Shown here: piece by piece, positions 55,339 to 64,000 of the stretch | Layout of the letters: each line of letters opens with the position of its first letter | Position numbering within the stretch: position 1 is the first letter of the stretch | DNA from: an uncultured Candidatus Saccharibacteria bacterium | GTDB taxonomy: Bacteria; Patescibacteriota; Minisyncoccia; Phycocordibacterales; UBA9973 | Reading direction: 5' to 3' | DNA: 64,000 nt | Assembly: GCA_964606285.1 (NCBI GenBank) | Contig: CAZSFP010000002.1 | Coordinates: 43,890-107,889, forward strand | Notes under the pieces: generated by a model | Database searches by the model: none | What the model was told of the DNA's origin: nothing | What the model saw: only the letters and a program-made list of their open reading frames with translations | Program-made: the position numbers and the translations under genes

Positions 55339-56562
55339 ATGCAGCAGAAAAAGAAGGTTGTTATCGTCGGTGGCGGATTTGGTGGTATACGTACCGCCCG
55401 CGCACTTGATCGTTACCGAGATAGTCTCGATGTTATTCTTATTTCTGACAAAACATACTTTGAATATTATCCCGCATTGTATCGCCTCGTCACTGGTGCA
55501 TCACCGATCGAGGCCTGTGTATCACTCGAAGAAATGCTCTCTGGTACCGAGACATTAATCGTGCATGACAAGATCGTCTCAGTCGATAGTACACAAAAAT
55601 CTTGTACGGGAGCAAGTGGGGAAACATATCATGGTGATGCACTCGTACTTGCGCTTGGTAGTCAAACCGCATACTTCAATATTCCCGGACTTCCTGATCT
55701 TTCGTTTGGTTTCAAATCAGTCCACGAAGCACTTGAACTTAAAAAACATCTGCATGATTTATTTGTTTCCTGCAAAGATTCTCTGAAAGACGAATTGGTC
55801 TCTCATTTTCATGTTGTTATCGTCGGTGGCGGCGCATCTGGTGTTGAAGTTGCAGGTGATATGTCAGCGTTCCTTAAAAAAATTGCAAAGAAACACAATG
55901 TGACGCCGTCGTTCGTAACGATTGATATTGTTGAGGCTGCACCGCGACTGATCGCACAAATGCCGGAGAAAGTTTCAGGTCGTATCGAGGCACGACTTCG
56001 AAAAAATGGCGTGAATATATTTCTCAACCGCGCCCTTGTTCGCGAAGAAGTCGAAGGGGTCTATATGAAAGACATGTCGCTCGATGCAAAGACAGTGATT
56101 TGGACCGCGGGAACAGAAGTTAATCCGCTTTATAAAACTATCAGTGGTTTTTCTTTCAATCAAAAAGGCCGTGTCCTCGTCAATGAATATCTGGAAGCAA
56201 AAAACATTTCTGGGGTTTATATCGTCGGAGATGGGGCAGATACGCCGTATACTGGTCTTGCTCAAACTGCGATCCATAATGCGGATTTTGTCGCAAAAGA
56301 CATCGGACGAATACTTGTTGGAAACAAAAAACGATCTGTCTATGAACCTCGAAAAACAGCATTTGTCATTCCTGTGGGGGACGATTGGGCAATTTTTTCA
56401 TATAAACAATTCATGTTTTCTGGTTGGTTTGCATATCTCCTTCGTCATGTTGTTGATTTTCAATTCTTTGCTCGAACCGTTTCGATTTCAACATTATTCG
56501 CTATATTTTTTCGTGGATGGAAATATCGTTCCATCGATGAAGACTGTCCACTATGCCGATAA
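55339..56562 (+). CDS. ndh: Type II NADH dehydrogenase (NDH-2, FAD-dependent pyridine nucleotide-disulfide oxidoreductase)
   Basis: Two GxGxxG dinucleotide folds (VVIVGGGFGG; VVIVGGGASG) and an NDH-2-like C-terminal membrane-anchor region. Confidence 0.8.
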   Translation: MQQKKKVVIVGGGFGGIRTARALDRYRDSLDVILISDKTYFEYYPALYRLVTGASPIEACVSLEEMLSGTETLIVHDKIVSVDSTQKSCTGASGETYHGDALVLALGSQTAYFNIPGLPDLSFGFKSVHEALELKKHLHDLFVSCKDSLKDELVSHFHVVIVGGGASGVEVAGDMSAFLKKIAKKHNVTPSFVTIDIVEAAPRLIAQMPEKVSGRIEARLRKNGVNIFLNRALVREEVEGVYMKDMSLDAKTVIWTAGTEVNPLYKTISGFSFNQKGRVLVNEYLEAKNISGVYIVGDGADTPYTGLAQTAIHNADFVAKDIGRILVGNKKRSVYEPRKTAFVIPVGDDWAIFSYKQFMFSGWFAYLLRHVVDFQFFARTVSISTLFAIFFRGWKYRSIDEDCPLCR

Positions 56563-57329
56563 AAAAACCAACAACCTGGAGTGCTGTTGCGCCGTGGTAT
56601 GACACACTGCTTGAAGGCAGTGCTGACACGTATCAGAGTGCAGTTATCGCACCGAATCTGCTTCGCGTGCTTGATCTCAAAAAAGGGGACAAAGTACTCG
56701 ACCTCGCGTGTGGTCAGGGATTTTTTAGTCGATTGCTTCATGATGCCGGTGCACGCGTGACCGGTGCTGACATATCCGCTGAGTTGATCGCCATCGCCAA
56801 AGAACGTTCACCAAAAGACATATCTTACAAAATTTCTCCATCGCATTCGTTGCCATTTATGACTGACTTGGGGCAAGACGCAGTGCTCATCGTGCTAGCT
56901 CTCGAAAATATCAAGGATGTTGCCGGAACGCTTGTCGAAGCATCCCGCGTACTTCTTCCAAATGGTCACATCTCGATCGTACTTATGCATCCGGCATTTC
57001 GTATTCCTCGCGACAGTGGGTGGATGTATGATGCACCAACACAGAAACAAATGCGCACTATCTCATCGTATCTCTCTGAGAAAGAATACGAGATCGTCAT
57101 GAATCCCGGAGAAACGAATAAAAACAAACAAGTCAAAACCATTTCCTATCACCGATCACTCCAGTGGTACATGAAAACATTTCGCAAGGCCGGTCTCGCC
57201 ATCACTCGTCTCGAAGAATGGATATCTCACAAAGAATCAGGCAAGGGTCCGCGCAAAGCGACTGAGGATACTGCTCGCAAAGAAATACCTATGTTTCTCT
57301 ATGTAGAATTGGTAAAAATCACAAAATAA
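56553..57329 (+). CDS. Class I SAM-dependent methyltransferase
   Basis: Motif I VLDLACGQGFFS and motif post-I; 258 aa. Confidence 0.7.
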   Translation: MPIKKPTTWSAVAPWYDTLLEGSADTYQSAVIAPNLLRVLDLKKGDKVLDLACGQGFFSRLLHDAGARVTGADISAELIAIAKERSPKDISYKISPSHSLPFMTDLGQDAVLIVLALENIKDVAGTLVEASRVLLPNGHISIVLMHPAFRIPRDSGWMYDAPTQKQMRTISSYLSEKEYEIVMNPGETNKNKQVKTISYHRSLQWYMKTFRKAGLAITRLEEWISHKESGKGPRKATEDTARKEIPMFLYVELVKITK

Positions 57330-57456
57330 CCCTTTGTTTTCAATGGTTCTATACCATTGACTTTGTGTATAAATATGCTATAATTATACCGAGGCAGAAT
57401 TACTCTGCAATCGTGTACCGGCATTTCCGGAGTCCTTTAAAAAAACTTAAAAAAGT

Positions 57457-58245
57457 ATGGGACAGAAACAAGAAGAAAGAACAAATCAAATTCTTTCAAA
57501 CACAGAAACAGACGGTCGCATATCGTCCGGAAAAATATATGCGTGTGGATTTCCAATTTTATTTTCTGACAGAGAACTTTTCTGTTGGGGGGTGAAAAAC
57601 AATTTCAAAGGGCAGATATGCTCCAAGGGAGTTGGGTCAACAGCAACTCCTGCGGATCAACCAGGTTCAGCTTTTGAAAGAAATTTGGCGCACCTCATGC
57701 AGCTGGCTGGATTCAATCATTCAGAAAGATCTACCCTCCTGAAAGTATTCAATTTTCAGTTGGAAAAAAATGTTCCAGAAAGGAAAATTCCTTTCTGTAC
57801 CATGGTGCGTGCGTTCATGGAAAAAACCGGAACATATCCGGTACGGTTTCTCAATCCCTTCAAGGGAGATGGTGGCGTGTTTAACCCAAACAGGGCACCA
57901 AAACCGGATCAGTTTTTTTATCCAGTGCTGAGTGTTGTTATCCCACACGGGGATGACACCAAAGTAACAGATGTGAGTAATCTCCGATTGCTTACCCAGG
58001 GAAGTGATCTGCAACGGGATAACTTTGACCCGACAGCATCGGACCCAGACTGGAGAGGGATATGGACCGGAAAAAATCTCGAGAACATCGAGAGAAGTAT
58101 GACTCTGAGTCATATCGACCCATTCAAAAAAAGTTTAGAAGTGATGAAGATTCACTTTAAAGAACTGCAGGAAAATGTAGGGGATGCAAAAAGATATGAG
58201 TATTATAATACTCGAGTAAAACTTTTACAGAAACTTTTGTCCTAA
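57457..58245 (+). CDS. Hypothetical protein with atypical (AGA/AGG/GGA) codon usage and its own consensus promoter TTGACT-N17-TATAAT (57350-57379)
   Basis: 262-aa ORF with no recognisable domain. Its codon usage differs from the core genes. Confidence 0.4.
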   Translation: MGQKQEERTNQILSNTETDGRISSGKIYACGFPILFSDRELFCWGVKNNFKGQICSKGVGSTATPADQPGSAFERNLAHLMQLAGFNHSERSTLLKVFNFQLEKNVPERKIPFCTMVRAFMEKTGTYPVRFLNPFKGDGGVFNPNRAPKPDQFFYPVLSVVIPHGDDTKVTDVSNLRLLTQGSDLQRDNFDPTASDPDWRGIWTGKNLENIERSMTLSHIDPFKKSLEVMKIHFKELQENVGDAKRYEYYNTRVKLLQKLLS

Positions 58246-58456
58246 CAATCAAAGTAAAACCGCACAATCTATCGATGTTGATATCGACAGCGCTTGTGCG
58301 GTTTTTTTATTGTAACAAAACCAGAATAAGGCCGTCTGTATAAGGGAAATAGGGGTTTTTTAGGTATTGACTTTTCATACACAATATGATACAATATTCC
58401 CAAAGGAGGTAACTCCATCGCGCACCGCGAAACTGTGCTTTTTAAAAAACATTAAA

Positions 58457-59242
58457 ATGAAATATATTTTAATCATAGTTCTTGCAATTGTTGTCGGTCT
58501 TACTTCATGTAAACCCGCAAAAGAAGTTTCAAAAGCTGAATCAAAAAAAACTGAAAAGAAAAAAGAAACAAAACAACAGGATACTTTAACCATGAGTGTT
58601 GGAACAATAGAAAAATATGTTCTTGACGCAGAAAAGATGAAAAGTATGCAATATTACCTGAAGGGAAATATTGAGCTGTACTCAAAAAATCCTGCTGATA
58701 CACTCAGTGTGTCACTTTCATCGAAGGTTGATGAAAGTGGAAAATTATTGGTTGGGAAGAAAGGAAATACTCCCGATATAGTGATTCCGAGTGGAACACC
58801 TTGTATCGTGGCAAGTGTTGAAGGTATAGATATATTTGTGCAGTTTTCGACAGATAAAGAAAAGCAGATAAAATTTATGCCACATCTTACTGATAGTATT
58901 TATTATCCTCTTGGAAAATTAAGTAAAAAGATTTACTACGGAGGACAGGTAATGTACATCTCAGAAGAAAGTTTGAATGCACGTTTTGTTTTTTTGAAAG
59001 ATAATTTACCACAGACCAGTAATTCACAAACAGAAAGTGGAGTAACTATTTTTCAAAAAGATGCTCTTCCGGAGGGTTCTGGAGTTCAAAAAAAATCTGG
59101 AAACAATGGAGAGTTTGGAAATTTTTCAATTCCCGGCAGTTCGGGTCAACAACAAACGCAACAAGAACAAAAACAGGAAACAAAACCTGCGAATCAAAAT
59201 CAACAACCAAAGAAAGGAGCGGATCGCTTCGATCTTCCTTGA
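58457..59242 (+). CDS. Lipoprotein (hypothetical) with Q/N/K-rich C-terminal tail
   Basis: MKYILIIVLAIVVGLTSC is a signal peptide plus an LTSC lipobox. Start corrected to 58457. Confidence 0.6.
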   Translation: MKYILIIVLAIVVGLTSCKPAKEVSKAESKKTEKKKETKQQDTLTMSVGTIEKYVLDAEKMKSMQYYLKGNIELYSKNPADTLSVSLSSKVDESGKLLVGKKGNTPDIVIPSGTPCIVASVEGIDIFVQFSTDKEKQIKFMPHLTDSIYYPLGKLSKKIYYGGQVMYISEESLNARFVFLKDNLPQTSNSQTESGVTIFQKDALPEGSGVQKKSGNNGEFGNFSIPGSSGQQQTQQEQKQETKPANQNQQPKKGADRFDLP

Positions 59243-59261
59243 TGATGATTCATCAAATAAA

Positions 59262-59292
59262 AAATCCCCGCACAATCGTGGGGATTTTTTTT
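59262..59292. terminator. Bidirectional terminator (AAAAAATCCCCGCACAatcGTGGGGATTTTTTTT)
   Basis: GC stem with A/T-runs. Confidence 0.65.
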
Positions 59293-59310
59293 ATTGTATA
59301 GGTGTTCTCT

Positions 59311-59334
59311 CCCTCTCCTAGTCTAGGAGAAGGG
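59311..59334. repeat. REP-like palindrome CCCTCTCCTAGTCTAGGAGAAGGG (copy 3)
   Basis: Same motif as 17843-17865 and 17933-17955, again between convergent gene ends. Confidence 0.6.
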
Positions 59335-59341
59335 AATGCTT

Positions 59342-60115
59342 TTACAATACAAATACGAGAAATAAGATACCCACAACAATCCGATAAATGCCGAATGGAA
59401 TAAACGTATGATTGGATATGAACCGCAAGAGCCAGCGCATGGCGATATAGGCAACGATTGCCGCAGTGACAGCTCCGATACAGAGAAGCAGCCACTCGTG
59501 TGCTGTAAATGAAAAACCTGTTTTCAGGAGGTCGAGTCCGGTGGCGGCGCCGAGTGTTGGGATAGCGAGGAGAAATGAAAAATAGACGAGGCTCTTTCGT
59601 CCGATACCAATCAATCGTCCGCCAATGATTGTCGCACCTGAACGGGAAATACCGGGGATGAGAGCTATAGATTGGAAGAGACCAAGGAGAAATGACTGTT
59701 TGTAGGAAATGTCGCCAATTGATCGATCCTCAGGAAGTGACACATTTTCTTTTTTGAACCATTCGACGAGGATCATGATGATACCGCCGATAATGAGTGC
59801 CCAGGCAACGATCGCGGGATTATCGAGAAATTGTTTGACGTATTTGTATGCGAGGAGACCGATGATCGCAGTTGGTAGGAAGGCGATAGCAATTTTTTTG
59901 TATATTTCAACATTGTTCCAAATATCTTTTATCGCGAGAGCAAGAACAGAAATGATCGCGCCGCCTTGAATCACGATTTCAAATGTTTTTAAAAATTCTG
60001 TTGATTCGAGTCCGAGTAGATTACTCGCGAGAATTAAGTGTCCAGTCGAAGAGATGGGGAGGAATTCCGTGATTCCTTCAACGATACCGAGAATGATGGC
60101 GTGGAGGATGGTCAT
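59342..60115 (-). CDS. uppP: Undecaprenyl-diphosphatase (BacA/UppP)
   Basis: 257 aa, 8-TM protein, …EGITEFLPISSTGHL…PGISRSGATI… match UppP motifs. Confidence 0.9.
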   Translation of the reverse strand: MTILHAIILGIVEGITEFLPISSTGHLILASNLLGLESTEFLKTFEIVIQGGAIISVLALAIKDIWNNVEIYKKIAIAFLPTAIIGLLAYKYVKQFLDNPAIVAWALIIGGIIMILVEWFKKENVSLPEDRSIGDISYKQSFLLGLFQSIALIPGISRSGATIIGGRLIGIGRKSLVYFSFLLAIPTLGAATGLDLLKTGFSFTAHEWLLLCIGAVTAAIVAYIAMRWLLRFISNHTFIPFGIYRIVVGILFLVFVL

Positions 60116-60117
60116 GG

Positions 60118-60807
60118 TTAGTTGTTGACCGCATAATACGTGCCGATGATAGCTGCAGTTTCACCACGAAGTACGGTTGGCGCGAGATGGATAAATGTTG
60201 CGCCATGTTTCTCTGCAAGCGCACGTTCCTTGTCAGTCCAACCACCTTCGGGTCCGACAAAAATTGCTTTATTTCCCGGTTTTTTCACTACATCTTTTTC
60301 CTCGGTGATTGTATCGCAAAATAGTATTTCTGTGTCTTTAGAAATACATGCAAATGCATCTTTGAGTGACATGATGTCATGAATTGTCGGAATATAAGCA
60401 CGGCCGGATTGTTCGGCTGCGTTGCGGGCGATCTTGTCCAATCGGTCGAGACGAATACCTGTTTTGATTGTTCGGTCAGTAAGAAGTGGTGTGAAATCAG
60501 TAATCCCGAGCTCGGTTGCTTTTTCGAGGGCGTATTCGGTATGTTCGCGTTTGAGCATGCCTAAAAATAGGTGAATTGTATGTGGTTGTTCATTTTTGTT
60601 TCGGCGTTTCTCAAGTATTTCGATGATAGGAATATCACCGATTCGGGTCATGGTTCCGTCGTATTCGAATCCGTCACCATTGAAGAGAATCACTCGTTCG
60701 TGAATCTTTATTCGAACGACATGGATATGATCAATCGCGACCGTGTCGACGATCGTGTTGGTGCCGAGGGCGAGATTTTGTTTGCAGAAAAATCGGTGAA
60801 TTTTCAT
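60118..60807 (-). CDS. rsmE: 16S rRNA (uracil1498-N3)-methyltransferase RsmE
   Basis: PUA-like N-terminal domain plus …AIFVGPEGGWTDKE… SPOUT motif. Start taken at MKIHRFF. Confidence 0.75.
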   Translation of the reverse strand: MKIHRFFCKQNLALGTNTIVDTVAIDHIHVVRIKIHERVILFNGDGFEYDGTMTRIGDIPIIEILEKRRNKNEQPHTIHLFLGMLKREHTEYALEKATELGITDFTPLLTDRTIKTGIRLDRLDKIARNAAEQSGRAYIPTIHDIMSLKDAFACISKDTEILFCDTITEEKDVVKKPGNKAIFVGPEGGWTDKERALAEKHGATFIHLAPTVLRGETAAIIGTYYAVNN

Positions 60808-60851
60808 GATATAGCCAGAATACCACATTTTTGTTATGATGATATCTTCAT

Positions 60852-61244
60852 ATGAAATTGCTCGACAAAACATATTATGCCGTCAAACGTTCCTCTGCGG
60901 GCTTAGGCATTTTTGCTCAAAAGGATATACCAAAAGGTGAACGGATCATCGAATATGTTGGCCCTATGTTGACTGCTGCGCAAGCTGATGAAAAGGGTGG
61001 GCAGTACCTTTTTGAGATCAGTAGTCGACGGACGATCGATGGTGCGACACGTAAAAATACTGCACGATATATTAATCATTCCTGCGCGCCAAATGCAGAT
61101 GCGTTTATCGAAGGTTCCCGTGTCTTTATCTATGCAAAGCGATTGATCAAAGCAGGGGAGGAGATATCGTACAATTACGGTAAAGATTTTTTCAATGAAT
61201 ACATCAAACCGAAAGGTTGCCGGTGTGTGAAATGTAAAGACTAG
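60852..61244 (+). CDS. SET-domain protein (putative protein-lysine N-methyltransferase)
   Basis: …RYINHSCAPNA…GEEISYNYG… are SET motifs, with a C-terminal Cys cluster CRCVKC (post-SET-like); 130 aa. Confidence 0.75.
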   Translation: MKLLDKTYYAVKRSSAGLGIFAQKDIPKGERIIEYVGPMLTAAQADEKGGQYLFEISSRRTIDGATRKNTARYINHSCAPNADAFIEGSRVFIYAKRLIKAGEEISYNYGKDFFNEYIKPKGCRCVKCKD

Positions 61245-61298
61245 ACCTTTTGCCTTTTTCACATCTTTTTGATAGGATATGTGAGTTCTTGTAGACAT

Positions 61299-61325
61299 GC
61301 TCCCCAGATAGGGATCGAACCTTGG
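61299..61325 (-). pseudogene. Degenerate inverted copy of the tRNA-Asn 3' end (T-arm + acceptor; 21 of 27 positions identical)
   Basis: Minus-strand reading is CCAAGGTTCGATCCCTATCTGGGGAGC, against the tRNA 3' end CCTAGGTTCGAGCCCTAGCCGAGGAGC. There is no matching 5' half. Confidence 0.35.
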
Positions 61326-61360
61326 AGAGTACAAAATAATACAAAAAAACAATTTACCAT

Positions 61361-61436
61361 TCCTCGGTAGCTCAGTTGGTAGAGCGCCTCCCTGTTAAGG
61401 AGGATGTCCTAGGTTCGAGCCCTAGCCGAGGAGCCA
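61361..61436 (+). tRNA. tRNA-Asn (anticodon GTT), CCA encoded
   Basis: Acceptor TCCTCGG/CCGAGGA, D-arm GCTCAGTTGGTAGAGC, anticodon stem-loop CCTCC-CTGTTAA-GGAGG, T-arm GGTTCGAGCCC, discriminator G, then CCA. Confidence 0.9.
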
Positions 61437-62936
61437 GTTAGGACTACTAGCTAGTTCTAGTACTAAATTGAACGGAGAAGCTATTGAAAAATATAGCTTT
61501 TTTCCGTTTACAGTCGGGTTCTGAAGTATATAGTTCAAAAATGCTCTTTTCTCAGCAGGTTCAGAACTATTCTCAAAAATGGTCTTTGCTCTGCGTGCTA
61601 CAGAAATGACTGTAGCAACGGTTGTTTGGTAGTCGTAATCAGCTTTTCTGTGTTCAGAAAGTTCAATTTCCAGTGTCTGCATTTTGTCCTGATACTCTTG
61701 ATGCTTTTTGTCATAGATGTCCTTAGTAATACTCTGGTCTAAGAATGCTTCAAGAAGTCGATCAGTTTTTCCTTTAACATTGTCGTAGTCAGTTCTTATA
61801 CGATTTATTTGTGCTTTATGAAAAACAACTTCTGCTTCAGTGTTCTTTCGTAGTTCGTCAACAAGACCATTCTGAGTTTCCTCAGTGATACTCTCAAATC
61901 GCTCCAAGACCTCATAAATGGGCTTCAGAAGCTCTAGTTCGTTCACATAGACCCTTTCACATATCTTCTTGGAATTGGTACAAGAACCGATTACATACTG
62001 CTTACCACTGGGCTTTAGCTTATGCTCAAATGAGATGGCACATCCGCAGTTATGACACTTCAAAAGTCCTTTGAATATAAAGTCCTTGGAATGTGCCTTA
62101 GAGGGCATTTTCTTGCGTTTTGAGCGTATTTCTTGGCACTTATCGAAGAGTTCCCTTGAAATCAATCGGGGATACTTATGAGCATAAGAGCCATACTTCT
62201 TTGACATAGCAACACCACAGTAAAAACTATCCTTGAGTATATTTTCTATACAACTTTTTGACAGCTTAAAGCCCTTGATACTTCTTAGTCCAAGTTCTGT
62301 CATTTCTATTCGTATGGTTTCAAGTGAGTGATTTCCTGTTGCATAAAGCTCAAACATTTTTGTAATAAGATGACCTCTTTCAGGGTCAATAATGATGTCC
62401 TTACGCAGTCGCTTTTCAGCGTCTAGTTGAACATTCAGATAACCCAAACGAACAGCTCCTGTCCATTCGCCATTTCTTCGCTTTTGTTCAAATGCTCGTC
62501 TTACATTGTCGCCAATCGCATCAGAATAGTATTTAGCCAAACCCAAGCTCATACCAAACTGGAACTTTTCTACAGCCGACATCTGGCTGTTTATGATTTG
62601 ACCCTCTGAAACGAAATGAAGCTCAATTTTGTCAGCTACGGCAAGTTCATAAAGCCGAGCAACTCGTTTATCAAAAACACTTCTTGAAAGACGGTCTACC
62701 TTATCAAAGCAGACCGCAATCTTTTCTTTCTTCATTACTCCTTCAACAAACTCAAGAAGTTTATCGAACTCATCTCGCTTTTCTTTGTAGGCACTTTCAT
62801 CAAAGCTATACGACTTTACGACGTCAAAAGATTTCTTAGAACAGTAACTTCTAATACGCTCTGTCTGAGCAGGTAAAGAGTTACCAGCTTCCTTTTGTTC
62901 TTCAGTTGATACTCGTGATACGTCTATAGCTTTCAT
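61422..62936 (-). mobile_element. Large serine recombinase (resolvase domain, recombinase domain and zinc ribbon). Its 3' end overlaps the tRNA-Asn 3' end, so it is the probable integrase of an island integrated at tRNA-Asn.
   Basis: IDVSRVSTEEQ catalytic Ser and DKVDRLSRS. The recombinase domain is followed by a Cys cluster (CHNCGCA…CTNSKKIC). 504 aa. GC is about 38 % with AGA/TTA codon usage, unlike the core genes. Confidence 0.85.
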
Positions 62937-62939
62937 AGG

Positions 62940-64000
62940 TTATAAATCGTACGAAGTTTTTAGTCGCTTTTCTTTATTGTGTCGTTCAATAGCAAGTTGA
63001 ATTAACTTATCAATTAACTCTGTATACGATATACCGCTAGCTTCCCATAATTTTGGATACATACTAATTTTAGTAAATCCTGGAATGGTGTTTACCTCAT
63101 TGATAATCACTTCTTTACCGTCACGCAAAAACATATCTACTCTAGCCATACCTTCAAGACAAAGGGCTTTAAAAGCTTTGATTGCAACTTGTTGTACTTC
63201 TTCCATTAATTCAGCGGGTAGTTTTGCAGGTATTTCTAATAGAGCACCATTTTCGTCAATATATTTTGCTTGGTAAGAATAAAATTCGTGATTAGGAATA
63301 ATTCTACCTGCGACTGAAGCAATAGGGTTTTCGTTTCCCAGGATAGAACATTCGACTTCATCGCCAACTATTGCTTCTTCTACCAAGATTTTATTGTCGT
63401 ATTCAAATGCTATTTTTATGGCTGTTTCTAACTCTTCTTTAGTATTTGCTTTACTTACACCCACTGAAGAACCTAAGTTAGCGGGCTTTGTAAAAATAGG
63501 CAAACCTAACTGTTCAATTATTTTATCTAAATCAATATCAGAAGAAGTGTCTAAACATATAAAGTCCGCTATAGGCACTCCTGCACCTTTAAGAAGTCGC
63601 TTCATTACATCTTTGTCCATACCAACCGCAGAACCTAACACTCCTGCCCCAACGAATGGTACATCTAAAAGCTTTAGTAATCCCTGAACTGTACCGTCCT
63701 CACCAAATGGTCCGTGCAAAACTGGAAATGCGACATCAATTGGTTTCTCAGGCACATCATTAGATAGCGTAACTAGTTGCTGGCTTGATTGACCTGGAAC
63801 TAAAGCTACTTCTTTACTATTTTCCTTATTTAGTTTTATTAACTTTGGGTTATTGTCGTTAAGCAGGTACTGAGACGCAGTATTGAGTTGCCACTTTCCC
63901 GTCTTATCAATCCCAATTGGAACTATTTCATACTTGTCCTTATCAATTGCATCAATGATATTTTTAGCAGATTGAAGTGAAACTTCGTGTTCTGCCGACT
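62940..64000 (-). CDS. ddl: D-alanine--D-alanine ligase (N-terminus beyond window end), low-GC and island-like
   Basis: …[41 protein letters not shown]…. The reading frame stays open upstream of the ORF-track start (GTG at 63753), through …[39 protein letters not shown]… to the window edge. Confidence 0.85.
   Translation of the reverse strand, partial: [352 protein letters not shown]

Overview
This 64 kb window appears to come from a small-genome, Patescibacteria/CPR-like bacterium. The core genome here is about 45-50 % GC by eye, uses CGT/CTC codons, has no rpmD (L30), carries a pseudopilin/PilD cluster, and has many TraD/VirD4-like ATPases. Three things stand out.

First, bases 1-11.5 kb hold the S10-spc ribosomal-protein cluster (rplD-rplW-rplB | rpsS-rplV-rpsC-rplP-rpsQ-rplN-rplX-rplE | rpsZ-rpsH-rplF-rplR-rpsE-rplO-secY-adk-map). 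It has no rpmC (L29) and no rpmD (L30). It carries an internal terminator plus promoter between rplB and rpsS. An AT-rich stand-alone LytTR-domain gene is inserted between rplE and rpsZ, bracketed by two terminators.

Second, a family of inverted-repeat cassettes with CCCGTTAGA termini flanks promoter-bearing AT-rich cores and abuts, or even supplies, the start codons of adk, the first pseudopilin gene and dnaE. Related single arms of the form GGGGTATACT-6/8nt-ATG precede pilD and rnhB. This looks like an undescribed promoter/operator, or MITE-like, element system that drives probably leaderless transcripts.

Third, a low-GC, AGA/TTA-codon island begins exactly at the 3' end of tRNA-Asn(GTT). 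It carries a large serine recombinase and a foreign-looking ddl, and runs off the window.

The rest of the window contains:
- Two paralogous TraD/VirD4-like coupling-type ATPases. One has a 440-aa N-terminal extension and sits next to an AT-rich two-gene cassette. The other sits next to a lamin-tail-domain membrane protein and an ECF sigma/anti-sigma pair.
- A pilD gene plus four pseudopilin genes.
- ndk, a beta-CASP MBL nuclease, rplT-rpmI-infC, truB, an smpB-ssrA (tmRNA) pair, ftsH, and gatC-gatA followed by a membrane-anchored DUF4145/HEPN-like protein instead of gatB.
- A NUDIX gene, ligA, two very large surface proteins (one Cys-repeat, one FN3-repeat) flanking a probable RNase P RNA, secA, dnaE, rnhB, rlmB, ndh, and a SAM-dependent methyltransferase.
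- uppP, rsmE, and a SET-domain protein.

Noncoding features:
- Three REP-like 23-bp palindromes.
- Several candidate small structured RNAs.
- An AT-rich region with a perfect DnaA box.
- A 29-aa poly-lysine mini-ORF.

Everything below is sequence inspection only. No searches or folding were run.
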